The translations under genes were made by a program, and so were the position numbers. This document shows, piece by piece, positions 33,228 through 43,198 of a stretch of 64,000 nucleotides of DNA. This stretch comes from Clostridia bacterium. Its GTDB lineage: Bacteria; Bacillota; Clostridia; RGIG6154. The notes under the pieces are model-generated. The model had not been told where the DNA came from. It did no database searches and saw nothing but the letters and a program-made list of their open reading frames with translations. Location: assembly GCA_045589295.1 (NCBI GenBank), contig JAZNOU010000012.1, positions 1 through 64,000 of the forward strand, in the 5' to 3' direction. Every line of letters starts with the position of its first letter. The first letter of the stretch is position 1.

Positions 33228-34352
33228 TTAATACATCTTTCTGATGTTATCAATGTATTCGGTGAACTTGTCTTTTACACTTTGTGGTTCAAGAATTTTC
33301 ACTTGTTTGCCGAACCCCAATAGCCAACCGAAGAACTGATTACTAACTTCAAGTTTTGTAATAACTGTAAAATGTCTGTCATCATTCTTGGAATAAGAAA
33401 CATCTTTTGTGCCGAAGCGGTCAATGGCAGTATCTAACAGATTGTTTGTAAATTGTAGTGTCAACATTTTTTCTTCACCACTAAACATTGAAAAAACTTT
33501 TTTGGTATAGTTCTTTATGTCAATTTTTAAAAATTCTTCTTCGCCTTCTCTTTTTTCGCCAAAAAGTTCAACATTTTTCATTCGGTCAATTCTATAATTT
33601 ATGAATTTCTTCTTTTTATCATCAAAGGCAAGCACATAATAATATCCATCATTTATAAGTAAGGCAAACGGACTTGCAATATATGAATCACCATGTCTGC
33701 GCTCTACTTGTTTTTTTGTATCGTTAAGTGTGTATTTCAAATAATTAAAACGAATTTTTTCAGGAATATGTTTTTCACCTTCAATTTCTTTACTCATGGC
33801 TTGGTTTATTGTTAAAATGCTATTTAAACCCTCGACATTGTTCGTTCTGACTCTGTCTACCAGAAGAACATCGTGTTTGATTTTCTCGGCTTGTCTTTTA
33901 TTTAGATTTCTACAAACTATATCAATAAGAAAATCTGTCTGTCCTTTATCAAGAAATTTGGCTGAATAAACGCACTCTGCCAAAAGTCGAATATCATTTT
34001 CTTCGTAATTGCGAGGTCGTGCATAGAAACCTTTTTTGCTTTTGTTGTATAAGAGCAATTTATCATTGTCGTATTTATCATTTTCAAGGATGTCTGCCGA
34101 TTCCGTTATGTTGCACCCTTGCTCCAGCATTATAATCGCTTTATTGATTTCTTCTATATCACGATAAATAGAACGGCGTTCGGCATATATGCCTTTTTTA
34201 TCTAATTCTGCTACTATATCATCTGCTTTTTTGGGATGTTGTTCATCAGAATTTTCAAGTAAATATTGCATAACGAGATAAGGCTTCATCTTCTGATGAT
34301 GTTGCCTACCGTGATTTAATTCCGGATGTTTCTTTTCTTTTTTGTCTTTCAT
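33228..34352 (-). CDS. WYL-domain transcriptional regulator (wHTH-WYL-WCX)
   Basis: AERRSIYRDI HTH; SPFALL..DGYYYV...YRIDRM; FFGWLLGFG..VKILEP. Confidence 0.9.
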   Translation of the reverse strand: MKDKKEKKHPELNHGRQHHQKMKPYLVMQYLLENSDEQHPKKADDIVAELDKKGIYAERRSIYRDIEEINKAIIMLEQGCNITESADILENDKYDNDKLLLYNKSKKGFYARPRNYEENDIRLLAECVYSAKFLDKGQTDFLIDIVCRNLNKRQAEKIKHDVLLVDRVRTNNVEGLNSILTINQAMSKEIEGEKHIPEKIRFNYLKYTLNDTKKQVERRHGDSYIASPFALLINDGYYYVLAFDDKKKKFINYRIDRMKNVELFGEKREGEEEFLKIDIKNYTKKVFSMFSGEEKMLTLQFTNNLLDTAIDRFGTKDVSYSKNDDRHFTVITKLEVSNQFFGWLLGFGKQVKILEPQSVKDKFTEYIDNIRKMY

Positions 34353-34369
34353 AATGTCTGTCCTTCCCG

Positions 34370-34699
34370 CTATTTCAACGATTCTAAATAAACAGAAAGT
34401 AATTTTAATGCAGTTTCCTTATCTTTTGAAGAACACAAATTTAATCGTTCCCATAATTCTTGTTGTTTTGCATAAATTGAAGAATCATCTGTTGTCAAAA
34501 TTTCATCTGGTGTAATATGCAAAACATTACAAATCTTTAAAACGGTTTCAATGCGCATATTAACACTTCCACGTTCTATGTCTGCGTATGTCCTTGTAGA
34601 TAATTCTGCCGCCTCTGCAACCTCTGCTTGTGTTAACCCCATTCTTTTACGAATAGAAAACAGTCTATCTCCAATAGTAGAAAAATTAAAAATAAGCAC
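34370..34699 (-). CDS. XRE-family HTH regulator
   Basis: RKRMGLTQAEVAE...YADIERG...ICNVLHITPDEIL. Confidence 0.9.
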   Translation of the reverse strand: MLIFNFSTIGDRLFSIRKRMGLTQAEVAEAAELSTRTYADIERGSVNMRIETVLKICNVLHITPDEILTTDDSSIYAKQQELWERLNLCSSKDKETALKLLSVYLESLK

Positions 34700-34817
34700 T
34701 TTAACTCCTCCTTTTACCTTATAATATGAATTATATCTCCTGTTTTTATTGACTTAAAGGAAGAAAAGGTGTATAATTGTAAGAAGAATAGTTCCTAACA
34801 AGTGATGGGGTGATAAA

Positions 34818-35033
34818 ATGTTAAAATTGAAGTATGCAACTAATGGTGCACAATTTCAGAAAGAGGCAAAAAAGTATGTGATAAATATGCTTGGGAATAA
34901 GCAAAAATTACATAAAAAGAACTGTTGTCAATATTCGAAATGTTATGATAAATATTATGATTTTGACACTTTGGAAGAAGTAAATAAATGTGGAATCGAA
35001 TTCACAAAATGCAAATTATGTTTTAAGGAGTGA
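34818..35033 (+). CDS. Small Cys/His protein, Ada-type metal-binding-like
   Basis: YVIN...KLHKKNC...FDTLEE...CKLC spacing. Confidence 0.5.
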   Translation: MLKLKYATNGAQFQKEAKKYVINMLGNKQKLHKKNCCQYSKCYDKYYDFDTLEEVNKCGIEFTKCKLCFKE

Positions 35034-35040
35034 ACACATT

Positions 35041-38000
35041 ATGAAAAAGAAAATTTTGTTAACAGTTATAGTGATTATGTTAAGTTTAATCGTCTTTGGT
35101 GCAATTAGTGCATCAGCGGCAACAACGGTGAATGTTTCAACAGTTTCTGAATTGCAGTCTGCACATCCGTATTCAAGTAATATGGATACAACTTGGGTAT
35201 ATACTTATCCAACAGAGGCAGATAGTTTGGAAATTACATTTTCAAGTGATACTGCAACGGAGAGTAATTATGACTGGATTTATATACTTGACGGCGATGG
35301 GAATCAAATTGAAAAACAATCAGGAACAACTCTTGCAGGAAAAACTGTGACAGTACCGGGAAATATTGTTAAAATTCGTTTGACATCGGATGGAAGTGTT
35401 ACGAAAAACGGTTTTACAGTAACGAATATTGAGGCTATTTCCAGCATATCCGGTACTGTTTACGTGTCATCTGTTGACCAATTTCAGTCTGCTCACAGTT
35501 ATGCAAATAATATGGATAAGACATGGGTGTATACTCATCCTACTACAGCAGAGAACCTTTCTGTAACATTTTCAAGCGATACGGAAACCGAAAATAATTA
35601 TGACTATATTTACATACTTGACGGCAATGACAATCAAATAGGAAAATACAGCGGGACTTCTCTTACAGGTAAAACTGTAACAGTACCGGGAAATGTTGTA
35701 AAAATTCGTTTAACCTCAGATAGTAGTCAAACAAGATATGGTTTTCGGATAACAAATATTGTTACAACTGGTTCTTCATCATCTTCAAATGAAGAAACTT
35801 ATCAAGCTGCAACCTACAGAAATGGATATTACGAAATAGCTAATGCAAGTCAATTGTATTGGTTTGCGCAGCAGGTTAATTCAGGTAGAACTTCAATAAA
35901 CGGAAAATTAGTTGCTAATATTGTAGTTAATGAGGGTAATGTATACGGAAGTTCCCGAGATTACGAGGTAACATCATACAAAAAATGGAAATCAATAGGC
36001 AGTTCAGACAAACCATATTCGGGAATTTTTAACGGCAATAACTATACCATCAGCGGGCTATATTTTTACTGTGCAAATACTACTGCAGCAAGCGAATACG
36101 GAAGATGCGGAAGTATGTTCTATAAAATTACAGGAACAATTTATGATTTGAACATCGAAAATTCATATTTCTATCATTACAACGATGGTGCTGCAATTTG
36201 TGCATTTAATTCAGGCATAATTAAAAACTGCTATGTAAAAGCACGTGTTCAAGCTCATAACAGATTAGGAATAGTCTATCAGAATGACGAAAAAATTATA
36301 GATTGTGATTTCGATGGAGATTTATTAGGTGTAGGGGCTACCGGTGGTGCAGTCGGAGGAATTTGCAATAACAATAACGGAGAAATAATAAATTGTACAA
36401 ATACCGGAGATATTTTGGATGGTGGCGGTATCTGTCGATATAACGAAGGAACCGTTCAGAATTGTTATAATTATGGTGATATAATAAATGGTTCAGGTTC
36501 TTATTTGGGTGGTATTTGTGCTCATAATTATGGGACAATAACAGGATGCACTAACGAAGGAAAAATCAGCACGTCTCAGTTAACCTCTTACAGTTATGCC
36601 GGAGGCATTTGCGGAGAAAACTCAGGAGCAATTGAACGTTGCGCAAACCTTGCTGATATTTCTTATTATAAAGGATATGTTGGTGGTATTTGCGGGCAGA
36701 ATAAAGGAGACGGGCTTGGAGCAAATGTGATAAAAGACTGTTATAATATTGGTCGTGTAGAGGCTTCCTCACCATACGGTTGTGGTGGTATCGTTGGTAG
36801 AAACTATGCAAATGTTATCGGATGTTATCATAGGACAGGAAATATTTATATTACAAGCCAAAGTAATACAGGCACTATCTGTGGTGTCAATGGTTATAAT
36901 ACAAACGCAGATGGTTACAAAGGTGTTATCAGAAACTGTATTGATTTTTGGTACTATAGCGGCTATCAGATTGGAACTTCCGAATCGGGTTCTGTTTCTA
37001 AATACGTATACCCATCAAATCAATTATATGGTACAAACGCAGCATATTTCTTGAACGAGTTTTCTTCGCTGGGTGTAGTTAATTGGCGTCAAAATATAGA
37101 TAACGGACAGACTGTTGATTCATATCCGGTTCTCGATTCTTCTCATGGAATAGTATACAGCAATAATAGCAACACTCAGTCAGCAAGCGCTTTGCCTGAC
37201 AATTTAATTGCTCGAGGAGGTAATGCATATATTTCTTGGTCTTTGGATAAAAACGGATTATTAACTGTTACATTATCTCAAACAAGTACATCAGGATATT
37301 ATGCTTATGAAGCTCCGTGGTATCCTTATCGTGATCAAATCTTAACTGTTAAAGTTAAAGGTGACAACACTAGAGTGTGGGATTACGCATTCTTCAACTG
37401 TACTAACCTAAAAAGTGTGCAGCTTTCAAGCAATATACAAATAGTCGGTGAAAGAGCTTTTGCAAATTGTACCAGTTTAAAATCAATCTATATCAGCAAT
37501 GGTACCTATCAATGTTTCATTGAGGACTATGCTTTTTATAATTGTACATCATTAAAAGAAGCTTCGTTTTCCATTTATACTAAAGTAGGTAAACATGCTT
37601 TTGATGGCTGTACCGATTTGGATGCCATTTATATTAACTCTATTGGTTCTAATGGTGATATTATAGAGGAAGATTACGCTTTTGATGACGTAGTTGCTAC
37701 AGTATATTATCCACGCTCAACCTATATGTACGCACTACCCGATGATTTTTCAGGTGATCTTACTTTACAAAGTGCTGATAACGGAATGTGTGGAAGTGAC
37801 GTTAAGTGGCGATTTGATTCAGCTACAGGAACACTAACTCTTTCAGGAAGCGGAAGCACTACAGTTTATTCATCCGGAACGAATGTCCCTTGGGGAAGGT
37901 TCAATGGATCTGTTTCAAAAATTGTTGTAGAAGAAGGCATAACTGAACTGCCAAGTTATATTTTTGAGTACTGCTCTTCAGCAGAAGAAATCATTTTGCC

Positions 38001-40539
38001 CAATACCTTGAAAAACTTAGCATTTAATGCGTTTAACGACTGTGAAAAACTTAAAAATCTTTTGATTCCATCATCGTTAGAAAACTTTACTGATGGCATA
38101 TACGGATTTAACAGATGTGGTAGCCTTACAGATGTTTATTATGTTGGAACAAAAGAAGAATTTAAACAAATTCCAAATTACTACTATGCAACATACAACA
38201 GACAAACGCTCCATTTCCTTGTATGGAATGAACCGTCTGCGACTTGCACAGAAGCAGGCGTTGAGGGATATTATTCCTTTGATGATATTTCTGTATACAA
38301 TACCAAGTATGATATAAACAAAAATGTGAAGACTTATTTAAATTCTGTTCCCGCAACAGGTCATAATATTGTGTGGATGGAAGAAATCCCTGCAAACTGT
38401 CATGAAACAGGAAAAAAAGAACGTTGGGAATGTGAGAACTGCGGAACGATTTATACGGATAAATCCAGCGCAACCGAAAGAACAGACGCAATTATAGAAA
38501 TCAATCCGAATAATCATCACGGAGAAACAGAATTAAGAGATGCAACTGACGGATTTACCGGAAATACGTATTGCCTTGGATGTGAACAAATAATCAGCAG
38601 CGGCGAAAACATCTATAAAATCAAGGTATCAGGAACGGAATTAGCAGTTGTTGGTTCAACCGAAATCTTAAAAACTGTAGAAGTAGGAACTGATAAGAAT
38701 GTAAATGCTTTATATTGCCTCATCAAATATCCTGATGCTTTAACATTAAAATCTATAACAGCAAAGGATTTTGCTTATGCAGAATTAGAAGATGAATACA
38801 CAGAAGATGGATTTACAACTGCAGTTATTTTAGCACAGTATTCTGATACAGAATTGATTCCTAAAAATGTTGTTCATACTCCTTTGGAATTAACATTTGA
38901 TGTTTCCAAATCAGCAGTTCCAGGAATTGTTCAAATTGAAGTAACCGAAGAATCTTGTTTGATCGGAAATGATACATATTTCTTTGGGGAGAGAATTCCG
39001 GGAACACTTGAAATTCTACCAAAGCTTGCAGAGAGTATCGAAATATCAGGTGAAGATGTTATTTCTTCCGAGGCAACATATAATGCGATTGTAAGTCCTG
39101 ATTACACAACAGATAAATCAATTGAATGGTCTGTAAATGACGAAACAATCGCAACAGTTTCAGAAGATGGTGTTGTAACACCTGTTACAAGTGGTACATT
39201 TACTTTAACAGCGACTGCAAAAGACGGAAGCGGTGTTTCTGCATCGAAAATAATTACTGTAACCAGAGGTGTTACAAGTATTGAAATTGTAGGAGCTGAC
39301 AGTATTACAGAAGCGACTACATATTCTGCAAATATTACACCTGACTATGCTACCAACAAAGAAGTGGAATGGTCAATCAGTAATACAGAAATTGCAATTG
39401 TTTATGATAACGGTGTGGTAACACCTATAACAAGTGGTTTAGTAACGATAACTGTTACGGCAAAGGATGGAAGTGGAGTTTCTGCATCAAAAGAGATTAA
39501 TATTATCAAGCTTGCGGAAAGTATTGAGATTACGGGTGAAGATAGTATTTCATCACCTGCACAGTACACAGCAATTGTATCACCTGATTATACATCTGAC
39601 AAAGAAGTTAGTTGGTCGGTTGATAATGAAGCAATTGCAACAGTTGACGAACTTGGTATTGTAACACCTTTAACAAGTGGTAATATAATCCTTACTGCAA
39701 TAGCAAAAGACGGTAGCGGTGTATATGCAACCAAAACAATTGAAATTGTAAAATTTGCAGAAAGTATTGAAATTGTCGGCAATGAAGAAATTACCGAACC
39801 ATCACAATACAGTGTAGTAATTCTTCCTGAATATACTACAAACAAAAATGCAGAGTGGTCTGTAAGTGATGAATCAATAGCAACTGTTGATGAAAACGGA
39901 CTTGTAACACCTCTTAAAAACGGCAAAATAGTTCTGACTGCAAAAGCAGAGGATGCAAGCGGAATTGAAACCACAAAGTCAATTGTTATTACCGTTAGTG
40001 TAAGAGCAAATTCCATTACCTCGGATGTTGGCGTATGGGACAAAAATTTTGATTCAGATATAACAGAGTATACAATTTCTGTACCTTCAGAAACATCTGC
40101 TATTTATCTGACTTCAAGCTTTACAAATGCGACTGCAAAGGTAAACGGAAGTGTTGCGGTAAATGGCGTTCGCAAAAAGGTTTCTTTAACAGGAACAGAA
40201 ACAGAAATTGAAATTGTATTATCACCAACATCAGGAAACAACTTAAATTCAAACACATACAAAATTACTGTAGCTTGTGGTTCGTATACAAAGACAATAG
40301 TTTCAGAAGATGGTAAATCATTCATTATTACACCTGTTAATATTGAAAATGGTAAAACTGTAATTCTTGCTTTGTATGACGGACAGAAACTTGTAGAAAT
40401 AAAACAAGCAATTTATCAAGGTGAAGAAATTCACTTTGCAACATCAAAGACCTATGACAAAGCAAAAATCTTTGTATGGGAAGATTTGAAAACAATGATT
40501 CCGCTGTGCGAAGAAAAAGAAATTTTGTTGAATAATTAA
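35041..40539 (+). CDS. Giant secreted adhesin-like protein: 2 CUB-like, GLUG-like repeats, BspA-type LRRs, cohesin-like, 4 Big_2 Ig, cadherin-like beta-sandwich
   Basis: Signal peptide; duplicated SAH.Y...TE.NYD.IYI...SD.S; GGICG.N.G repeats; AF.NCTSL; WSV..E.IATV.E.G.VTP x4. Confidence 0.85.
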   Translation: MKKKILLTVIVIMLSLIVFGAISASAATTVNVSTVSELQSAHPYSSNMDTTWVYTYPTEADSLEITFSSDTATESNYDWIYILDGDGNQIEKQSGTTLAGKTVTVPGNIVKIRLTSDGSVTKNGFTVTNIEAISSISGTVYVSSVDQFQSAHSYANNMDKTWVYTHPTTAENLSVTFSSDTETENNYDYIYILDGNDNQIGKYSGTSLTGKTVTVPGNVVKIRLTSDSSQTRYGFRITNIVTTGSSSSSNEETYQAATYRNGYYEIANASQLYWFAQQVNSGRTSINGKLVANIVVNEGNVYGSSRDYEVTSYKKWKSIGSSDKPYSGIFNGNNYTISGLYFYCANTTAASEYGRCGSMFYKITGTIYDLNIENSYFYHYNDGAAICAFNSGIIKNCYVKARVQAHNRLGIVYQNDEKIIDCDFDGDLLGVGATGGAVGGICNNNNGEIINCTNTGDILDGGGICRYNEGTVQNCYNYGDIINGSGSYLGGICAHNYGTITGCTNEGKISTSQLTSYSYAGGICGENSGAIERCANLADISYYKGYVGGICGQNKGDGLGANVIKDCYNIGRVEASSPYGCGGIVGRNYANVIGCYHRTGNIYITSQSNTGTICGVNGYNTNADGYKGVIRNCIDFWYYSGYQIGTSESGSVSKYVYPSNQLYGTNAAYFLNEFSSLGVVNWRQNIDNGQTVDSYPVLDSSHGIVYSNNSNTQSASALPDNLIARGGNAYISWSLDKNGLLTVTLSQTSTSGYYAYEAPWYPYRDQILTVKVKGDNTRVWDYAFFNCTNLKSVQLSSNIQIVGERAFANCTSLKSIYISNGTYQCFIEDYAFYNCTSLKEASFSIYTKVGKHAFDGCTDLDAIYINSIGSNGDIIEEDYAFDDVVATVYYPRSTYMYALPDDFSGDLTLQSADNGMCGSDVKWRFDSATGTLTLSGSGSTTVYSSGTNVPWGRFNGSVSKIVVEEGITELPSYIFEYCSSAEEIILPNTLKNLAFNAFNDCEKLKNLLIPSSLENFTDGIYGFNRCGSLTDVYYVGTKEEFKQIPNYYYATYNRQTLHFLVWNEPSATCTEAGVEGYYSFDDISVYNTKYDINKNVKTYLNSVPATGHNIVWMEEIPANCHETGKKERWECENCGTIYTDKSSATERTDAIIEINPNNHHGETELRDATDGFTGNTYCLGCEQIISSGENIYKIKVSGTELAVVGSTEILKTVEVGTDKNVNALYCLIKYPDALTLKSITAKDFAYAELEDEYTEDGFTTAVILAQYSDTELIPKNVVHTPLELTFDVSKSAVPGIVQIEVTEESCLIGNDTYFFGERIPGTLEILPKLAESIEISGEDVISSEATYNAIVSPDYTTDKSIEWSVNDETIATVSEDGVVTPVTSGTFTLTATAKDGSGVSASKIITVTRGVTSIEIVGADSITEATTYSANITPDYATNKEVEWSISNTEIAIVYDNGVVTPITSGLVTITVTAKDGSGVSASKEINIIKLAESIEITGEDSISSPAQYTAIVSPDYTSDKEVSWSVDNEAIATVDELGIVTPLTSGNIILTAIAKDGSGVYATKTIEIVKFAESIEIVGNEEITEPSQYSVVILPEYTTNKNAEWSVSDESIATVDENGLVTPLKNGKIVLTAKAEDASGIETTKSIVITVSVRANSITSDVGVWDKNFDSDITEYTISVPSETSAIYLTSSFTNATAKVNGSVAVNGVRKKVSLTGTETEIEIVLSPTSGNNLNSNTYKITVACGSYTKTIVSEDGKSFIITPVNIENGKTVILALYDGQKLVEIKQAIYQGEEIHFATSKTYDKAKIFVWEDLKTMIPLCEEKEILLNN

Positions 40540-40614
40540 AAAACAAAATAAAGTCAGATTATTAACAGAAATTATTATAAAATATCAATGTTAATAGTCT
40601 GACTTAAATTTTAT

Positions 40615-41202
40615 CTATTTTTCCAAAAGAGAAACATATTTATAAACTGTGGTTCGGCTCATATCACATACGCGAGCAAGTTCTGAAACATTCAGTTTTC
40701 CAGATTTCAAAGACGGGTAATGCCGTAAAAAGATAGACGGTATATCTTCTTTAGTTGATTGCGGTCGCCCGATAATCGCTCCTTTTGCTCTGGCATTTGC
40801 CATACCGGAACGGACTCTGGCTCTTATCATTGCTAGTTCTAATTGGCTGAATACTCCTGCCATTTGTAGAAATGCTTCACTCATAGGATCGCATTTACCG
40901 AAGCGACAATCAAGAGTTATACTGCCAACAATCATAAGTCTTAATTTTTTATCGCGAATAATATCGATGATTTCACAAAGTTGCTTTGTACTTCTGGCAA
41001 GTCTGGGAACTTCAAGAGTGATAATTGTATCGCCCTCTTTTGCCACTTCGAACATTGCTTTCTGTTGGTCTTTAATTTTACTGTCGCCGTGTTCGTATTC
41101 AAGATATATTTCTTCTGCCCCTGCCCCTTTCAGTTCTCTGACTTGTCGGTTAATATCCTGCTTTGATTCGTTTGTGCTACATCTGGCATATCCGTAATTC
41201 AT
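40615..41202 (-). CDS. Small serine recombinase (resolvase/invertase)
   Basis: YGYARCST, RLARST, GRP, C-terminal HTH SRTTVYKY. Confidence 0.92.
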   Translation of the reverse strand: MNYGYARCSTNESKQDINRQVRELKGAGAEEIYLEYEHGDSKIKDQQKAMFEVAKEGDTIITLEVPRLARSTKQLCEIIDIIRDKKLRLMIVGSITLDCRFGKCDPMSEAFLQMAGVFSQLELAMIRARVRSGMANARAKGAIIGRPQSTKEDIPSIFLRHYPSLKSGKLNVSELARVCDMSRTTVYKYVSLLEK

Positions 41203-41256
41203 AATTTATCCTTTCTACCGCTTCGCAAGGTTTCCCTCACGAAGCGGCTTTTATAT

Positions 41257-41535
41257 TTAACAAGAGATTGAAAATCTTCTGCTCGCACTCTGTTTTGTGA
41301 ATGCCTTGTAAAGTTCGCCGTACATTTTCTTAAAGTTTGTTGTGTCAAAACGATTACTTAATACGGAAGTCCAACGGATGATGTAACTGCCTGCAATAAG
41401 TTCTTCGGTTTCTCTTTCGAGCATTTCTTCTTTAATGCTATCGCGGATTGCTTCGGCTTCTGCCTTTGCTTGTTCCATAAGTTCTTCCCATTCGTTAAGT
41501 GCTTCGATTTTTGTGATAAGTTCTGATTTAGTCAT
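41257..41535 (-). CDS. Phage/MGE-type hypothetical protein
   Basis: Coiled coil then RFDTTNFKK...LYKAFTK...SRRF; clear SD. Confidence 0.65.
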   Translation of the reverse strand: MTKSELITKIEALNEWEELMEQAKAEAEAIRDSIKEEMLERETEELIAGSYIIRWTSVLSNRFDTTNFKKMYGELYKAFTKQSASRRFSISC

Positions 41536-41729
41536 TTTTAATTTCTCCTTTGGTTTGTTATTTATTTTAGGGTGTTTCCCTTGACTACATCTATATTATA
41601 ATACGAAAATCGTAATTTGTCAATACCTTTTTCGTAATTTATATTACTTTTTTAGAAATATTTTTTCGATTTATGTATTGATTTATTACGAAAGTCGTGA
41701 TATAATACCAAAAGGAAGGATGTGTTATT

Positions 41730-41939
41730 ATGATTAAATTTAAAGTTAAAGTTATGCTTGCCATTCGCGAGATGAATCAAAAAGAACTTGCGAAAGAAAC
41801 CGGCATCAGACCTCCGACAATTTCGGCAATTTGTAATAATTCTGTTAAGCATTTGCCAGTAGATGGATTAAATAAGATTTGTAAGGCTCTTGACTGCCAG
41901 CCGGCAGACTTAATGGAATACATTCCGGACGAAGAATAG
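41730..41939 (+). CDS. Cro/C1-type HTH regulator
   Basis: MNQKELAKETGIRPPTIS...ICKALDCQPADLMEY. Confidence 0.9.
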   Translation: MIKFKVKVMLAIREMNQKELAKETGIRPPTISAICNNSVKHLPVDGLNKICKALDCQPADLMEYIPDEE

Positions 41940-42247
41940 GGTGTATAATAAAACATCTGTTTTCGTGAACGGTTTTCCGCACATACCAAATGCCAAAAGT
42001 GAGACGAAAAACGGCGTGTTTTTGTTCAGGTAATTGCCGTCACCCTTTCGCGAACATAGGGGGGTAGTCTTTCGTGAAGAAAATTTTTTCAAAGGTGCTT
42101 GAGGTTTTTGGGTGGCTCATTTAATTATGGAATGATATTTTGATTTGGAATTACGATTATTATGTTCGTTTGCGTTAGAATATTTTTGCGACTCTGACGG
42201 CAATAAACGACAAAAACGGCAAGCAGTTATCAAAAACTACTTGCCGT

Positions 42248-42385
42248 TTATTTGAAATCTTTTAAAATTTCATCGAGTGCCATATCAAGTGCCGTTTTCA
42301 GGCTCTTTTGCATAATGCTGAACAACTCCTACTCTAATACTGATTTTTTCTTTTTCTTCTGGTCTTTCTTTTTATTATATCTCAT
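42248..42385 (-). pseudogene. 45-codon small ORF with an internal TAG
   Basis: MRYNKKKDQKKKKKSVLE*ELFSIMQKSLKTALDMALDEILKDFK; ATGA-coupled to the upstream ORF. Confidence 0.5.
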
Positions 42386-42555
42386 TTTGTTTTTTCCTTT
42401 GTTGTAATTATAATTTCGGTGGAGTCGTCATCATCTTCTGTGTGTTGCTCTATCATTTTTTTATGTAAAGCATTAAGTATTTCTTCTGGTGTGTATCCAT
42501 CCAGATACATTTCTGGATAATATTCCGGGAATTTTTCGTATTTATCTTTTAACAT
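42382..42555 (-). CDS. 57-aa hypothetical protein (not in ORF track)
   Basis: SD GAAAGGAG; MLKDKYEKFPEYYPEMYLDGYTPEEILNALHKKMIEQHTEDDDDSTEIIITTKEKTK. Confidence 0.65.
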   Translation of the reverse strand: MLKDKYEKFPEYYPEMYLDGYTPEEILNALHKKMIEQHTEDDDDSTEIIITTKEKTK

Positions 42556-42582
42556 TGTAATTCTCCTTTCTTATGGATGTGT

Positions 42583-42697
42583 AGGTTTTTGTCGCTTGCG
42601 ACAAAAACCTTAAGAATTGAGTGCTTGCACTCAATTCTTTTAGAGTAGTTTGCGCGCGATAGCGCAATAATTTTGTTTCTTTTGTTAGCAAAAGAAA
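42583..42697. repeat. Cluster of four inverted repeats
   Basis: Two adjacent perfect 13-bp stems with TT loops (42583-42610, 42612-42639), plus 6-bp and 9-bp stems. Confidence 0.85.
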
Positions 42698-42784
42698 ATA
42701 CTATGCCCTAATTTTCTATTATATATGAAATTTGTTGTATATCTATTTTTTTACTTTGTCCAAAAAATTTTTGATTCATAGATG

Positions 42785-43165
42785 CTATGCACTCAAGCCA
42801 AATTCTACTATTTCTGGATATTTTTTTAAGAACCATTTCTTGATTGTTGGATAACGTAAGCCTTGTCTGTGGCATTTGGAAATAGTGCGTAATTCGTTGA
42901 ACTCCTTAATAGTTGCGAGTGCAGTTTTTTCTTCTTCGTGTCTTAAAATATAATCTTCCATATATTCATAAGTTAATCCTTTGTATGATTCTCTGCTTGT
43001 GTTATAATTTATCGAACGTTTTACAACTTTGTATTCCGGATAATCTCGACGGACTTCTTGTAAATGTGCATACTCGGTGCTGCTGGTATTTTCTGATTTT
43101 ATTGCGAAGGTTCTGTCCATCACAATTAATTTTTTTTCGTGGTTTACTTTTAATAAATTTTTCAT
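42785..43165 (-). CDS. Hypothetical protein, paralog of 43199-43600
   Basis: Shared S.EY..L...R.D(Y/F)P, KGLT..YM..YI, IK.WFLKKYP. Confidence 0.75.
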   Translation of the reverse strand: MKNLLKVNHEKKLIVMDRTFAIKSENTSSTEYAHLQEVRRDYPEYKVVKRSINYNTSRESYKGLTYEYMEDYILRHEEEKTALATIKEFNELRTISKCHRQGLRYPTIKKWFLKKYPEIVEFGLSA

Positions 43166-43198
43166 AGTTATGATTCCTTTCTTTATATATTTTCTTTA

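Noticed and set aside
35140-35760. Duplicated segments in the adhesin as DGR template/variable repeats
   Set aside because: Both copies are in-frame domain repeats, differences are not visibly adenine-specific, and no reverse transcriptase is present.
42329-42331. TAG-to-Gln recoding in the element
   Set aside because: The integrase, XRE, resolvase, Cro-like and 42785 genes of the same element end at TAG at expected lengths.
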